Source: Candidatus Aminicenantes bacterium (GTDB taxonomy: Bacteria; Acidobacteriota; Aminicenantia; Aminicenantales; Saccharicenantaceae). From it: 64,000 nucleotides of DNA. Position 1 is the stretch's first letter. Each line of letters starts with the position of its first letter. A program made the translations under genes and the position numbers. This document shows, piece by piece, positions 34,131-43,054 of this stretch. Under the pieces are notes generated by a model. It was not told the DNA's origin. It was given only the letters and a program-made list of their open reading frames with translations, and searched no databases. Location of the stretch: contig JAXDAV010000026.1 in the NCBI GenBank assembly GCA_034679465.1, positions 239 through 64,238 of the forward strand. The letters are read 5' to 3'.

Positions 34131-36049
34131 TCCAGTCCCTCCTCCGCTCGAACATCCGCTTCAAGCTGGTCATCAGCCTGCTCGGCATCGTCTTCCTGGC
34201 CGGCATCCTGTCGATCCTCGTCGGCCTCAACGCCCTCAACACCAACCTCGTCCGCGACGCCTACGCCACGGTCCGGACGAACTTGGCCTCGGCGAGCGAG
34301 CTGTACCGGGAGGAGACCGACAACCGGTCGAGGATCATCCAGTACCTGGCCCAGACCCCGGAGATCGTCCGGGCCGCCGCCGCCGGGGACCGGGCCGCGC
34401 TCTTCGGCGAGCTCGTTCAGATCCAGCGGGAGTTCGGGTTCGACATCGTCGACGTCGTCCGGACCGACGGGACCATGCTCGTCCGGGCCAACAACTTCGA
34501 GACCTTCGGCGACAGCATGACCGGCTACCGGACGATCCAGGAGGTCCTGCGGACGCACGGCCCCATCGCCGGGACCGGGATCCTCCAGTACGAAGACATC
34601 GCCTTGGAGGGCGGCGACCTGGCCGTCCGGACGGTCATCCCGGTGGTCCCGACCTCCCACGCCCGGTCCCGGCCGTCGCCGGTCGAAAACCGGGCCCTGG
34701 TCATCAAGATCGCCGCCCCCATCCTCGACGGAGACCGGTTCCTGGGCATCCTCTATGCCGCCGTGCTCCTCAACAACAATTCCGACTTCGTCGACCGCTT
34801 CAAGCGGCTGGTCTTCAAGGACGAGAAGATCGACGGCAAGGACGCCGGGACGACGACCGTCTTCCTCGGCGACGTCCGCGTGGCCACGAACGTCGTCGAC
34901 GCGGCCGGCCGGCGGGCCGTCGGCACGCAGGTCTCGGAGGAGGTCTACCGGAAGGTCTTCGAGAAGGGGGAGACCTGGGTCGGCAAGGCCTTCGTCGTCG
35001 ACGACTGGTACATCTCCGGCTACATCCCGCTCTACGACTTCGACCAGGAGATCCTGGGCCTGCTCTACGTCGGGGTCCTGAAGAAGAAGTTCGACGTCGT
35101 CGTCCGCAACACGACCATCTCCTATCTCCTGGTCATCGCCGTGTCGACCGTCCTGGCGCTTCTCCTTTCGGGCTACCTCATCGCCCTCTACACCAAGCCG
35201 GTCAAGCGGATCATCGACGCCTCGACCGAGATGGCCCTGGGCTTCTACCACCGCATCGAGGTCGACCCGCACGACGACGAGGACGCCCGGGCCCTCGGCC
35301 AGGCCTTCAACGGCATGGTCGACGCCATCGAGGAGCGCGACCGCCAGCTGACCGAGCTGGCCGACCGGACCATCCTCAAGTCCGAGAAGCTGGCCTCGAT
35401 CGGGCGGATGGCCTCGGGCATCGCCCACGAGATCAACAACCCCTTGACCGGCGTCCTGACCTACAGCAGCCTCCTCCTCGAGGACATGAAGGGCACGCCC
35501 TACGAAGAGGATCTCAGGGTCATCCGCGACGAGACGCTGCGCTGCCGGGCCATCGTCCGCGGCATCCTCGACTTCGCCCGGGACTCCAAGCCCGAGCGGG
35601 TCCTGTCCGACCTCAACGCCATCATCGAGGAGAGCCTGCGGATCCTGGAGAAGCACGTCACCTTTCAGAACATCCGGATCGTCAAGGCCCTGGGCCCGAA
35701 CCTGCCCTGGGTCAGCGTGGACGCCGGCGAGATCCGGTCGGTCATCAACAATCTGGCCATGAACGCCGCCGACGCCATGCCCGACGGCGGGCAGCTGGCC
35801 CTGACGACCTCGGTCGAGCCGGAGTCGGGGCGGGTCGTCTTGAGCATCGCCGACACGGGCCACGGCATCAGCGAGGAGAACCTGAACAAGATCTTCGAGC
35901 CCTTCTTCACGACCAAGGACCGGGGCCAGGGGACGGGCCTGGGACTGCCCATGGTCTACGGCGCCATCCAGCGGCACGGCGGCGAGATCGACGTCAAGAG
36001 CCGGGTCGGGGCGGGCACGGAGTTCATCATCAAGCTGCCGACCGGGTGA
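34127..36049 (+). CDS. Sensor histidine kinase with periplasmic Cache-like domain, HAMP, HisKA, HATPase
   Basis: TM1 (LVISLLGIVFLAGILSILVGL), extracytoplasmic domain of about 280 aa, TM2, HAMP. H-box SGIAHEINNPL. N, G1 and G2 boxes (NLAMNAADAM, DTGHGI, GTGLGL). Confidence 0.85.
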   Translation: MIQSLLRSNIRFKLVISLLGIVFLAGILSILVGLNALNTNLVRDAYATVRTNLASASELYREETDNRSRIIQYLAQTPEIVRAAAAGDRAALFGELVQIQREFGFDIVDVVRTDGTMLVRANNFETFGDSMTGYRTIQEVLRTHGPIAGTGILQYEDIALEGGDLAVRTVIPVVPTSHARSRPSPVENRALVIKIAAPILDGDRFLGILYAAVLLNNNSDFVDRFKRLVFKDEKIDGKDAGTTTVFLGDVRVATNVVDAAGRRAVGTQVSEEVYRKVFEKGETWVGKAFVVDDWYISGYIPLYDFDQEILGLLYVGVLKKKFDVVVRNTTISYLLVIAVSTVLALLLSGYLIALYTKPVKRIIDASTEMALGFYHRIEVDPHDDEDARALGQAFNGMVDAIEERDRQLTELADRTILKSEKLASIGRMASGIAHEINNPLTGVLTYSSLLLEDMKGTPYEEDLRVIRDETLRCRAIVRGILDFARDSKPERVLSDLNAIIEESLRILEKHVTFQNIRIVKALGPNLPWVSVDAGEIRSVINNLAMNAADAMPDGGQLALTTSVEPESGRVVLSIADTGHGISEENLNKIFEPFFTTKDRGQGTGLGLPMVYGAIQRHGGEIDVKSRVGAGTEFIIKLPTG

Positions 36050-36068
36050 GGCGGCGGGAGAGAGCGAC

Positions 36069-37166
36069 ATGGCGATCAAGCTGCTGTTCATCGACGACGA
36101 GGACATCGTCCTCCGGAGCTCGAAGCGCATCTTCGCCGGGAGCGGCCACGAGATCGAGACGGCCTCGTCCGGCGACGAGGGGCTGGCCCTGGCCCTGGCC
36201 AAGGATTATGACATCGTCGTCACCGACCTGAAGATGCCGGGCCTCGGCGGGATGGACGTCCTCAAGGCCCTGCGCCGGGACCGGCCCGGGACGACCGTCA
36301 TCATCTTCACCGGCTTCTCCAGCGTCGACACCGCCCGCGAGGCCCTCAAGGCCGGGGCCTTTGACTATATTCCCAAGCCCTTCACGCCGGAGGAGCTGCG
36401 GAGCGTCATCGACAACGCCCTCGAGGCCCGCCAGAACGCGGCCGGGGCCAAGATGCTCGACCTCATGGCCATCGTCTCACACGAGCTCAAGAGCCCGCTC
36501 GCGGCCGTTCAGACGACGGCCTCGACCCTCCACCGGGGTTACTTCGGCAAGCTCGAGCCCGAGCAGGAGAAGATCGTCGAGACCATCATCCGCAACTGCT
36601 CCTATCTCGAGGACATCATCCGCACCTACATCGACCTGTCCAAGATGGAGCTCGACGGCCTCGCGACGTTCAAGACGCGGGTCCCGTTCGCGTCGGCGGT
36701 CGTCGACGAGGCCCTGAACATGCCCGGGATCAGGGACAACGTCCGGCGGATGACCATCGCCACCGAGTACGACGGCGACCCGGTCATCGAGGGCGACCCC
36801 GCTCTCCTCAAGATCCTCGTCGGGAACCTGGTCAACAACGCCGTCAAGTACGGCGCGGAGGGGACGGCCGTCCGCCTCAGGCTCGAGACGAAGGGCGGCG
36901 AGGTCGTCTTCTCCGTGCGCAACGAGGGCGTCGGCATCCCCGAGGCGGACAAGGGCCGGCTGTTCAAGCGCTTCGAGCGGCTGAAACAGAAGGGCACCGA
37001 GGGCGTCAAGGGCTCCGGCCTGGGCCTCTACATCTCGAAGACGATCGCCGACAAGCACAAAGGCCGCATCTGGGTCGAGGGCGAGCCCGGGAAATGGGTC
37101 GAGTTCTGCGTCGCCCTGCCGGCCGTGAACGGCGAGGTCGCGGACCCCGCCGCGCCGACGGACTGA
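36069..37166 (+). CDS. Hybrid receiver-histidine kinase (REC-HisKA-HATPase)
   Basis: Receiver (LLFIDDEDIV...DIVVTDLKMPGLGG...KP), then H-box VSHELKSPL, NNAVKY, NEGVGI, GSGLGL. Confidence 0.85.
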   Translation: MAIKLLFIDDEDIVLRSSKRIFAGSGHEIETASSGDEGLALALAKDYDIVVTDLKMPGLGGMDVLKALRRDRPGTTVIIFTGFSSVDTAREALKAGAFDYIPKPFTPEELRSVIDNALEARQNAAGAKMLDLMAIVSHELKSPLAAVQTTASTLHRGYFGKLEPEQEKIVETIIRNCSYLEDIIRTYIDLSKMELDGLATFKTRVPFASAVVDEALNMPGIRDNVRRMTIATEYDGDPVIEGDPALLKILVGNLVNNAVKYGAEGTAVRLRLETKGGEVVFSVRNEGVGIPEADKGRLFKRFERLKQKGTEGVKGSGLGLYISKTIADKHKGRIWVEGEPGKWVEFCVALPAVNGEVADPAAPTD

Positions 37167-37327
37167 GGCCGGGACCTGACTCGGCCCCTTGAAGGCGTTC
37201 GCAGAGTCATCCCCGTTCGATCCAGTTCTCCGTCAGCCGAGCCGACTGGTGGGTTGACGCCGGCCATCTCTCCGTTGGATACTATCCTCCGAGCCGTTCG
37301 CTCCCCGACAGCTAAAGGAGGCGTCCG

Positions 37328-37756
37328 ATGGGCACGGAGATCAGGTCCGACGTCGTGTTCAAAGGGGGCATGAAGTTCGACGGCATTTCGGGCCGGGCCG
37401 CGAGGTCCGTGGCCATCGACCACGGCGCCGACGGGGAGGCCATCGCCGGTTTCACCCCCCTCGAGCTCCTGCTCGCGAGCCTGGCCGGGTGCAGCGGCCA
37501 GGTCGCCGTCGGGCTCCTCGAGCGGATGGGCCGGGAGGTCAAGGGCCTGACCGTCCATGCCCGCGGGACCAAGAAGGAGGTCCACCCGAAGGTCCTGACC
37601 TCGATCGAGCTCGAGTTCGAGTTCCGCGGCGGGACGCTGGACGCGTCGTCGGTCGAGAAGGCGCTTGAGCTGTCCGAGGAGCGGTTCTGCCCCGTCTGGG
37701 CCATGGTCAAGGCTTCGGCGCCGATCAAGGCGACCTATCGCATCATCGCCGAATAG
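37328..37756 (+). CDS. OsmC/Ohr-family protein
   Basis: FTPLELLLASLAGCSG and ERFCPVWAM motifs typical of the OsmC family. AAAGGAGG RBS upstream. Confidence 0.75.
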   Translation: MGTEIRSDVVFKGGMKFDGISGRAARSVAIDHGADGEAIAGFTPLELLLASLAGCSGQVAVGLLERMGREVKGLTVHARGTKKEVHPKVLTSIELEFEFRGGTLDASSVEKALELSEERFCPVWAMVKASAPIKATYRIIAE

Positions 37757-37779
37757 AATCCTGTCTCGAAGGAGGGCCC

Positions 37780-38199
37780 ATGATCCTCAGCTACGATCCC
37801 TACTTCCCGGCCGTTCTGGCCTGCGGCATCGTCTCGCTCGTTCTCGGCTTCATCTGGTACGGGCCCCTGTTCGGCAAGGCTTGGGCCCGCCACACCGGCT
37901 GGACGGAGGAGAAGGTCAAGGCCCTTCCGGCCAAGAGCATGGCCCGGACCTACGTCCTGGCGCTCCTGGCCGGGCTCGTCACCGCCGTAGCCCTGGGCGT
38001 CCTCGTCTGGGAGATCGGCGCTTCGACGGTCGGAGACGGGATCAGGCTCGGCCTCTGGACCGGCGTCGGATTCAGCGCCATGGCCTTCGCCACGACGCAT
38101 CTCTTCGAGCGCAAGCCGGTCGGGCTTTGGCTCATCGTCTCCGGCTACCAGCTGGTCTATCAGGTCGCCGCGGCCGTGATCGTCACGGTCTGGCGTTGA
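37780..38199 (+). CDS. DUF1761-family membrane protein
   Basis: Four hydrophobic segments. N-terminal LGFIWYGPLFGKAW is typical of DUF1761. Confidence 0.6.
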   Translation: MILSYDPYFPAVLACGIVSLVLGFIWYGPLFGKAWARHTGWTEEKVKALPAKSMARTYVLALLAGLVTAVALGVLVWEIGASTVGDGIRLGLWTGVGFSAMAFATTHLFERKPVGLWLIVSGYQLVYQVAAAVIVTVWR

Positions 38200-38253
38200 G
38201 CCGGCCGAACCCGGGATGAGACAAGCCGAGGCCAGGATGCGGGAGCGGATGAA

Positions 38254-40227
38254 GTGAAGCGCGAGTATTATTCCGATACGATCTCCGGCTTCCTTCGGGC
38301 ATCGACGGAAGAGATCGTCGGAAAGCTGGCCTTGGCCAGCGATTTTCCCGATACCCTCGAACAGCGGGCGGCCTGGAAAGTGGAGATCGAGGCCCTGCGG
38401 CCGGTCCTGAGATCCCATTCAGGGGCCATCCACCTCGAATACACCATCCCCCGCATGGGGGAGAGGATCGACGTCCTTCTCGTCATAGGGCCGGCCATCT
38501 TCGTTCTCGAGTTCAAGGTCGGCGCCAAGGAGTTCACCCGGTACGCGCTCGATCAGGTCACGGACTACGCCCTGGACCTCAAGAACTTTCATGAGACGAG
38601 CCATGACCGCCTCATCGCTCCCATCCTTATCGCCACGGAGGCCCAGGGCGTCTTGCCCGTCATCGCGATGACCCCCCAAAACGACAGGCTCCTGGCGCCC
38701 CTTAAGGCCAATGCCGGGTCGCTGGGTGAGGTCATCAGCCGCGTATTGGAATTCGGCGAAGGGGATCAGATCGATTGGCGAGCCTGGAGGGCCGGCCGGT
38801 ACAGCCCCACGCCCACCATTATGGAGGCCGCGCTGTCGCTCTATCGAGGGCATTCCGTGGCCGAGATATCACGGAGCGACGCCGGGTCGATCAATCTGGG
38901 CGAGACATCGGATGCGGTTTTCGAGATCATCCAAAGGTCGAAGACCGGTCGACACAAATCGATTTGCTTTGTGACCGGTGTGCCCGGGGCGGGGAAAACG
39001 CTCGTGGGCCTCAATATCGCGACCAAGCATATGGACGCGGCCAAATCACACCAGAGCGTTTTTCTCTCGGGGAATGGACCCCTCGTGAAGATACTCCAAG
39101 AGGCCCTGGCGAGAGATATGGTCGCGCGGAAAAATGGTTGCGGGGAGAAGGTCAAGAAGGGCGCGGCTAAGAGCCGCGTCAAGGCCTTCATCCAGAACGT
39201 GCATCATTTCCGCGACGAATGTCTTGTCGATGAGAAGCCTCCTGTCGATCATGTGGCCCTTTTCGATGAAGCCCAACGCGCTTGGAACCTTGCCAAGACC
39301 GCGGATTTTATGAAAAGGAAGAAAAGAAGGCCCGGGTTCAGGCATTCCGAACCCGAATTCCTGATTTCTTGCCTGGATCGACACTCGGATTGGGCCGTCA
39401 TCGTATGTCTTGTCGGAGGAGGACAGGAGATTAACACCGGTGAGGCCGGGATCGCTGAGTGGGTCGACTCCTTGATGCGATCTTACCCGGCTTGGCATGT
39501 CTACATCTCTCCTCAGCTCATGGATAGCGAGTACGGGGCCGGACGAGTCCTGAAACAACTGGAGGCCCATCGACATGTTCGGCATGTCCCATCGCTCCAC
39601 CTTTCCGTCTCGATGCGTTCTTTTCGGGCCGAGAATGTCTCTCTCCTGGTCAAGCAGGTCCTCGACCTTGACGCCGAAGGCGCGAGGAAAACCCATGAGC
39701 GGCTAAGCCATAAGTATCCGATTGTCATCACCCGAGATCTGGCCGGAGCCAAGAAATGGCTGAGGGCCCAAGCGCGCGGCACCGAGCGCTACGGGATCGT
39801 CGTTTCCTCTCAAGCCGAGCGACTCAAACCCCATGCCATCTTCGTCAAAGCGCCCATGGACCCCATCCACTGGTTCCTCGATGGGAAAGAGGATGTCAGG
39901 TCGTCCTATTACCTCGAGGACGTGGCCACCGAATTCGATGTCCAGGGATTGGAGCTGGATTGGGCGTGTGTCACCTGGGACGCGGATTTTCGGTATTCCA
40001 GGGCCGGATGGACTCACAAGTCCTTCTGCGGGCGCATGTGGAAGAACATCAGGAATTCGGAAAGACAGGTCTACCAGAAGAACGCTTATCGCGTTCTCTT
40101 GACCCGCGCCCGGCAGGGGATGGTCATCGTCGTTCCGGCAGGGGACCGGGAGGATCCGACGCGGGCCCCGGCCTTCTACGACCCGACGTATGAATACCTC
40201 AAGGGCATCGGATTCAGAGAAATCTGA
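38254..40227 (+). CDS. PD-(D/E)xK nuclease-like + DUF2075 SF1-type ATPase/helicase protein
   Basis: GTG start. N-terminal RIDVLLV...VLEFKVG (D...ExK). Walker A GVPGAGKT, Walker [19 protein letters not shown]-terminal [16 protein letters not shown] is lower than the flanks by eye. Confidence 0.75.
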   Translation: MKREYYSDTISGFLRASTEEIVGKLALASDFPDTLEQRAAWKVEIEALRPVLRSHSGAIHLEYTIPRMGERIDVLLVIGPAIFVLEFKVGAKEFTRYALDQVTDYALDLKNFHETSHDRLIAPILIATEAQGVLPVIAMTPQNDRLLAPLKANAGSLGEVISRVLEFGEGDQIDWRAWRAGRYSPTPTIMEAALSLYRGHSVAEISRSDAGSINLGETSDAVFEIIQRSKTGRHKSICFVTGVPGAGKTLVGLNIATKHMDAAKSHQSVFLSGNGPLVKILQEALARDMVARKNGCGEKVKKGAAKSRVKAFIQNVHHFRDECLVDEKPPVDHVALFDEAQRAWNLAKTADFMKRKKRRPGFRHSEPEFLISCLDRHSDWAVIVCLVGGGQEINTGEAGIAEWVDSLMRSYPAWHVYISPQLMDSEYGAGRVLKQLEAHRHVRHVPSLHLSVSMRSFRAENVSLLVKQVLDLDAEGARKTHERLSHKYPIVITRDLAGAKKWLRAQARGTERYGIVVSSQAERLKPHAIFVKAPMDPIHWFLDGKEDVRSSYYLEDVATEFDVQGLELDWACVTWDADFRYSRAGWTHKSFCGRMWKNIRNSERQVYQKNAYRVLLTRARQGMVIVVPAGDREDPTRAPAFYDPTYEYLKGIGFREI

Positions 40228-40249
40228 TCCGCCAGCAATCGGGCTTTGA

Positions 40250-40492
40250 TCATCTATAGACTTGGCCTCGTGTTTCGATCTTCACAATCCGGATATCGTC
40301 GCCGTCCCATAGATAGACGACGCGATACTCGCCCACTCTCAAGCGATAAGTGCTCTTCAGGGTCTGCCCTTTCAGCTTCTGGATGTCCCCCTTATCCGGT
40401 AATCCCGTAATGGCATCGACGATGACCGCCCGGGTCTTCTTCTGACACTTGGCGAGGAACTTGAGGCTGGTCCTGCTGAGAGTCAGGTTCAT
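40250..40492 (-). CDS. RelE/ParE-family type II toxin
   Basis: 80 aa. ...LKGQTLKSTYRLRVGEYRVVYLWDGDDIRIVKIETRGQVY is the typical RelE/ParE C-terminus. Abuts the antitoxin stop with no gap. Confidence 0.8.
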   Translation of the reverse strand: MNLTLSRTSLKFLAKCQKKTRAVIVDAITGLPDKGDIQKLKGQTLKSTYRLRVGEYRVVYLWDGDDIRIVKIETRGQVYR

Positions 40493-40750
40493 TTAAAGAC
40501 CAAGTCCTTTTTTGGCCTGTTCCAAAGGAACGAATTCGTCCTCGGCCAGGATCCTTAGGATCTCGCGTTCATCCTTCTCGGAGAGGACGAGTTCGACCTT
40601 TTCGCCGACGTTCGTCCTCAGCCAATCCCGGAGAGCGTCCCGGACGATCTCGGATAGACTCTTTTTTCTGATGAAACCTACAACCCGGGCCCTGTCGTAG
40701 AGATCCGTCTCGAGGATGACGTTAACGCGCTTCATAGGTTTTTTGTCCAT
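40493..40750 (-). CDS. Ribbon-helix-helix-type antitoxin
   Basis: ORF 40493..40768 (GTG). The more likely start is ATG 40750 (MDKKPMKRVNVILETDLYDRARV...), an RHH-like N-terminus. Directly upstream of the toxin. Confidence 0.65.
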   Translation of the reverse strand: MDKKPMKRVNVILETDLYDRARVVGFIRKKSLSEIVRDALRDWLRTNVGEKVELVLSEKDEREILRILAEDEFVPLEQAKKGLGL

Positions 40751-40791
40751 AGATACATACTTACACACTTACATAGTTATGTCAATTTGAC
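40751..40791 (-). promoter_or_regulatory. Candidate TA promoter/operator (TTGACA-17-AAGTAT, near-leaderless) overlapping palindrome GTCAAaTTGAC
   Basis: Minus strand reads ...GTCAAATTGACATAACTATGTAAGTGTGTAAGTATGTATCT-ATG. The palindrome (plus-strand 40781-40791) overlaps the -35. There is no SD before ATG 40750. Confidence 0.4.
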
Positions 40792-40924
40792 CGTTATATC
40801 AATTGGACAATATGGCGCCTCGCCGTCTCCTCTTCAACCCTAAAAGACGTCCAGGGATCGGCCGTTATCTCAGCGAAACAGGTGCGGAATGGGGCCTGAG
40901 CGCTGATGGCCCCGAAATAATGGA

Positions 40925-41788
40925 TCAGACGACCCGGTAGTTCCTCCGGACGTAGAAGAACCCGAAGGCGATGATCAGGGCCAGGGCGTGGAACACGATG
41001 AGGTCCCGCCAGAGGAACGTCGGATCCTTCTTGATGAACATCACCCAGCCCATGGCCAGGACGGCGATGATCTGGGTGAAGAAGAAGCCGTAGAACAGGC
41101 AGACGACCGGGAACGCCCTCACCGGCCGGGCCCAGAGGAGGTAAACGCTGATGAGGCCCAGCGGGATCGAGAAGCCGAGGTCGAAGACCCGGACCAGCCA
41201 GAAAGCGGTCGGGGCGATCTCGTAGCCGCGGCTCGTGCCCGTGGCGATGACCTCCCGGGCCTCTTTCGCCCACATGCCCGCGAAGACGAGCAGGAACAGG
41301 ACGAACACGGCGGAATAGACCGCCAGGCCGCCCTTCTTGAACCGGCTCTCGACGCTCTGGGGGAAGACCGACAGCGCGTAGAGCAGGATGACGAGGGCGG
41401 CGATGAGGACGAAGAGGTACAGGAAGAAGTAGCGCTCGCTGTTGCCCGAGTAGGCCGTCGAGCTCCACTCCCAGCCGATGGTGTAGCTCAGGACGAAGTA
41501 GACGAGGAACAGCGGCGTCGCGATGAGCAGGTCCTTGGCGACGGCCTTGCGGAAGAGGAGCAGGGTCCCCCCGACCAGGAGCAGCGGGCTCACCAGGGCC
41601 AGGTTGACGGCGTCCTGCCCGACGAGCTGGCCCATGATGCCCGGCGCGGTCTTGTAGGTGATGACGCCCCGGATGAGCGGTCCCTGGACGGCCAGAAACA
41701 CGAGCGCGAGGCCTGCCGCTATGGCGGCGAGGCCGACGAAGGCCCGTTCGAACGGGCTGCCGAAGTCTGCCAACGGCCTTTCGCTCAT
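40925..41788 (-). CDS. Polytopic membrane protein, unknown function
   Basis: ORF 40925..41878. AAGGAGG RBS fits ATG 41788 (MSERPLADFG...). About 8 hydrophobic segments. 34 bp downstream of the dehydrogenase gene. Confidence 0.6.
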   Translation of the reverse strand: MSERPLADFGSPFERAFVGLAAIAAGLALVFLAVQGPLIRGVITYKTAPGIMGQLVGQDAVNLALVSPLLLVGGTLLLFRKAVAKDLLIATPLFLVYFVLSYTIGWEWSSTAYSGNSERYFFLYLFVLIAALVILLYALSVFPQSVESRFKKGGLAVYSAVFVLFLLVFAGMWAKEAREVIATGTSRGYEIAPTAFWLVRVFDLGFSIPLGLISVYLLWARPVRAFPVVCLFYGFFFTQIIAVLAMGWVMFIKKDPTFLWRDLIVFHALALIIAFGFFYVRRNYRVV

Positions 41789-41822
41789 ATCACCCTCCTT
41801 GGCCCCGGCGAGCGAGACCGGG

Positions 41823-42857
41823 CTACGGCGTGACGATGGCCTTGATGACGCCGTCGCGGCGGGCGGCGGCGGTCTCATAGGCCTCGCGGGCCGCTTCGAG
41901 CTTGAAGAAGTGGGTGGCCAGGAAGTCCGGCTTGATGCGTCCCGTGTGGATCATCCCGACGGCCTTCTCCAGGCACTTGTTCTGACGGCGCACGTTCTGG
42001 ACCCGGATCTCCCGGCGGCGCGCCTTGGAGCTGTCGAACGAGACGCGCGGTTCGATCGGGATGCCCACAGCGACCAGCGTCCCGCCCGGCTTGAGCAGGG
42101 CGACGGCCTGGTCGAGGGCGGACTGCTCGCCGCAGCATTCGAAGACGAGGTCGAGCCCGAGCGATTCCCGGGCCAGGACCTCGGCGACGATGTCCTCGCG
42201 GTCGGGGCTCCCCGTCCAGTCGGCTCCGGCCGTCGCGGCCGCCCCGAGCCGGGCCTCGACCCTTTCGGTCGCGTAGACGGCCCCCGACCCCTCGGCCTTC
42301 AGGGCCATGACGACACACAGCCCGATGGGGCCGGCCCCGAGGACGCCGGCGGTCTTGCCGCGGACCGAGCCGGCCAGCCCGGCCGCGTAGAGCGCGATCG
42401 ACAAAGGCTCGGCCAGAGCGCCCTGGATGGCGGTCATCTTCGCCGGCAGGGGGACGCAGTTGCGCTCCGGGGCCAGGACGAATTCGGCCATGCCTCCCGT
42501 GAGCTCCCCGTAGTGGCCGAGGAAGAGGAGCCTGCGGCAGGTGTGAGGGCGTCCCGTCCGGCACTGGTCGCACGTCCCGCAGGAGACCGCGGGCTCGACG
42601 ACGACCGTGTCGCCCGGCCTGACCCTGGCCACGGCCTGGCCGACCGCCTCGACGACGCCCGCGCACTCGTGTCCGGGGATGAAGGGATACGAGACCTTGT
42701 CGGCCCCGACGCGGTCGGACAGATAGTAATGGAGGTCGCTGCCGCAGACGCCCACGGCTTTGCTCCGGACGAGGACATCGTCCTCGCGCGTGATCTGGGG
42801 CGCCGGCGTCTCGCGGATCTCCATCGTTCGGACGCCGGTGAGGAACGCGGCTTTCAT
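41823..42857 (-). CDS. Zn-dependent medium-chain alcohol/polyol dehydrogenase (sorbitol/threonine DH-like)
   Basis: Start ATG 42857 (MKAAFLTG...). GHECAGVVEAVG, structural Zn CGTCDQCRTGRPHTC, Rossmann GAGPIGL. Confidence 0.85.
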   Translation of the reverse strand: MKAAFLTGVRTMEIRETPAPQITREDDVLVRSKAVGVCGSDLHYYLSDRVGADKVSYPFIPGHECAGVVEAVGQAVARVRPGDTVVVEPAVSCGTCDQCRTGRPHTCRRLLFLGHYGELTGGMAEFVLAPERNCVPLPAKMTAIQGALAEPLSIALYAAGLAGSVRGKTAGVLGAGPIGLCVVMALKAEGSGAVYATERVEARLGAAATAGADWTGSPDREDIVAEVLARESLGLDLVFECCGEQSALDQAVALLKPGGTLVAVGIPIEPRVSFDSSKARRREIRVQNVRRQNKCLEKAVGMIHTGRIKPDFLATHFFKLEAAREAYETAAARRDGVIKAIVTP

Positions 42858-42948
42858 GGCCGGACTATTATAAGACAGGAGGCCCGAATTCAGAAGCCCG
42901 CCGTACGGCCCCGTGCCTGAGCCGCCCGTCACGCCCCCTGTCGGAATT

Positions 42949-42977
42949 TTGACAGCCGTCCGGCGAGGGCGTATAGT
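42949..42977 (+). promoter_or_regulatory. Candidate sigma70 promoter of the M28 peptidase gene (TTGACA-17-TATAGT)
   Basis: TTGACA at 42949-42954 and TATAGT at 42972-42977, 78 bp upstream of ATG 43055. Confidence 0.45.
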
Positions 42978-43054
42978 CCAGCGGAGACGCCGGCCCGGAA
43001 ACCGGGGCTCTCGGCCCTGTTCGGTCCCGGGGACGGTCTCACCGAGGAGGAGTC

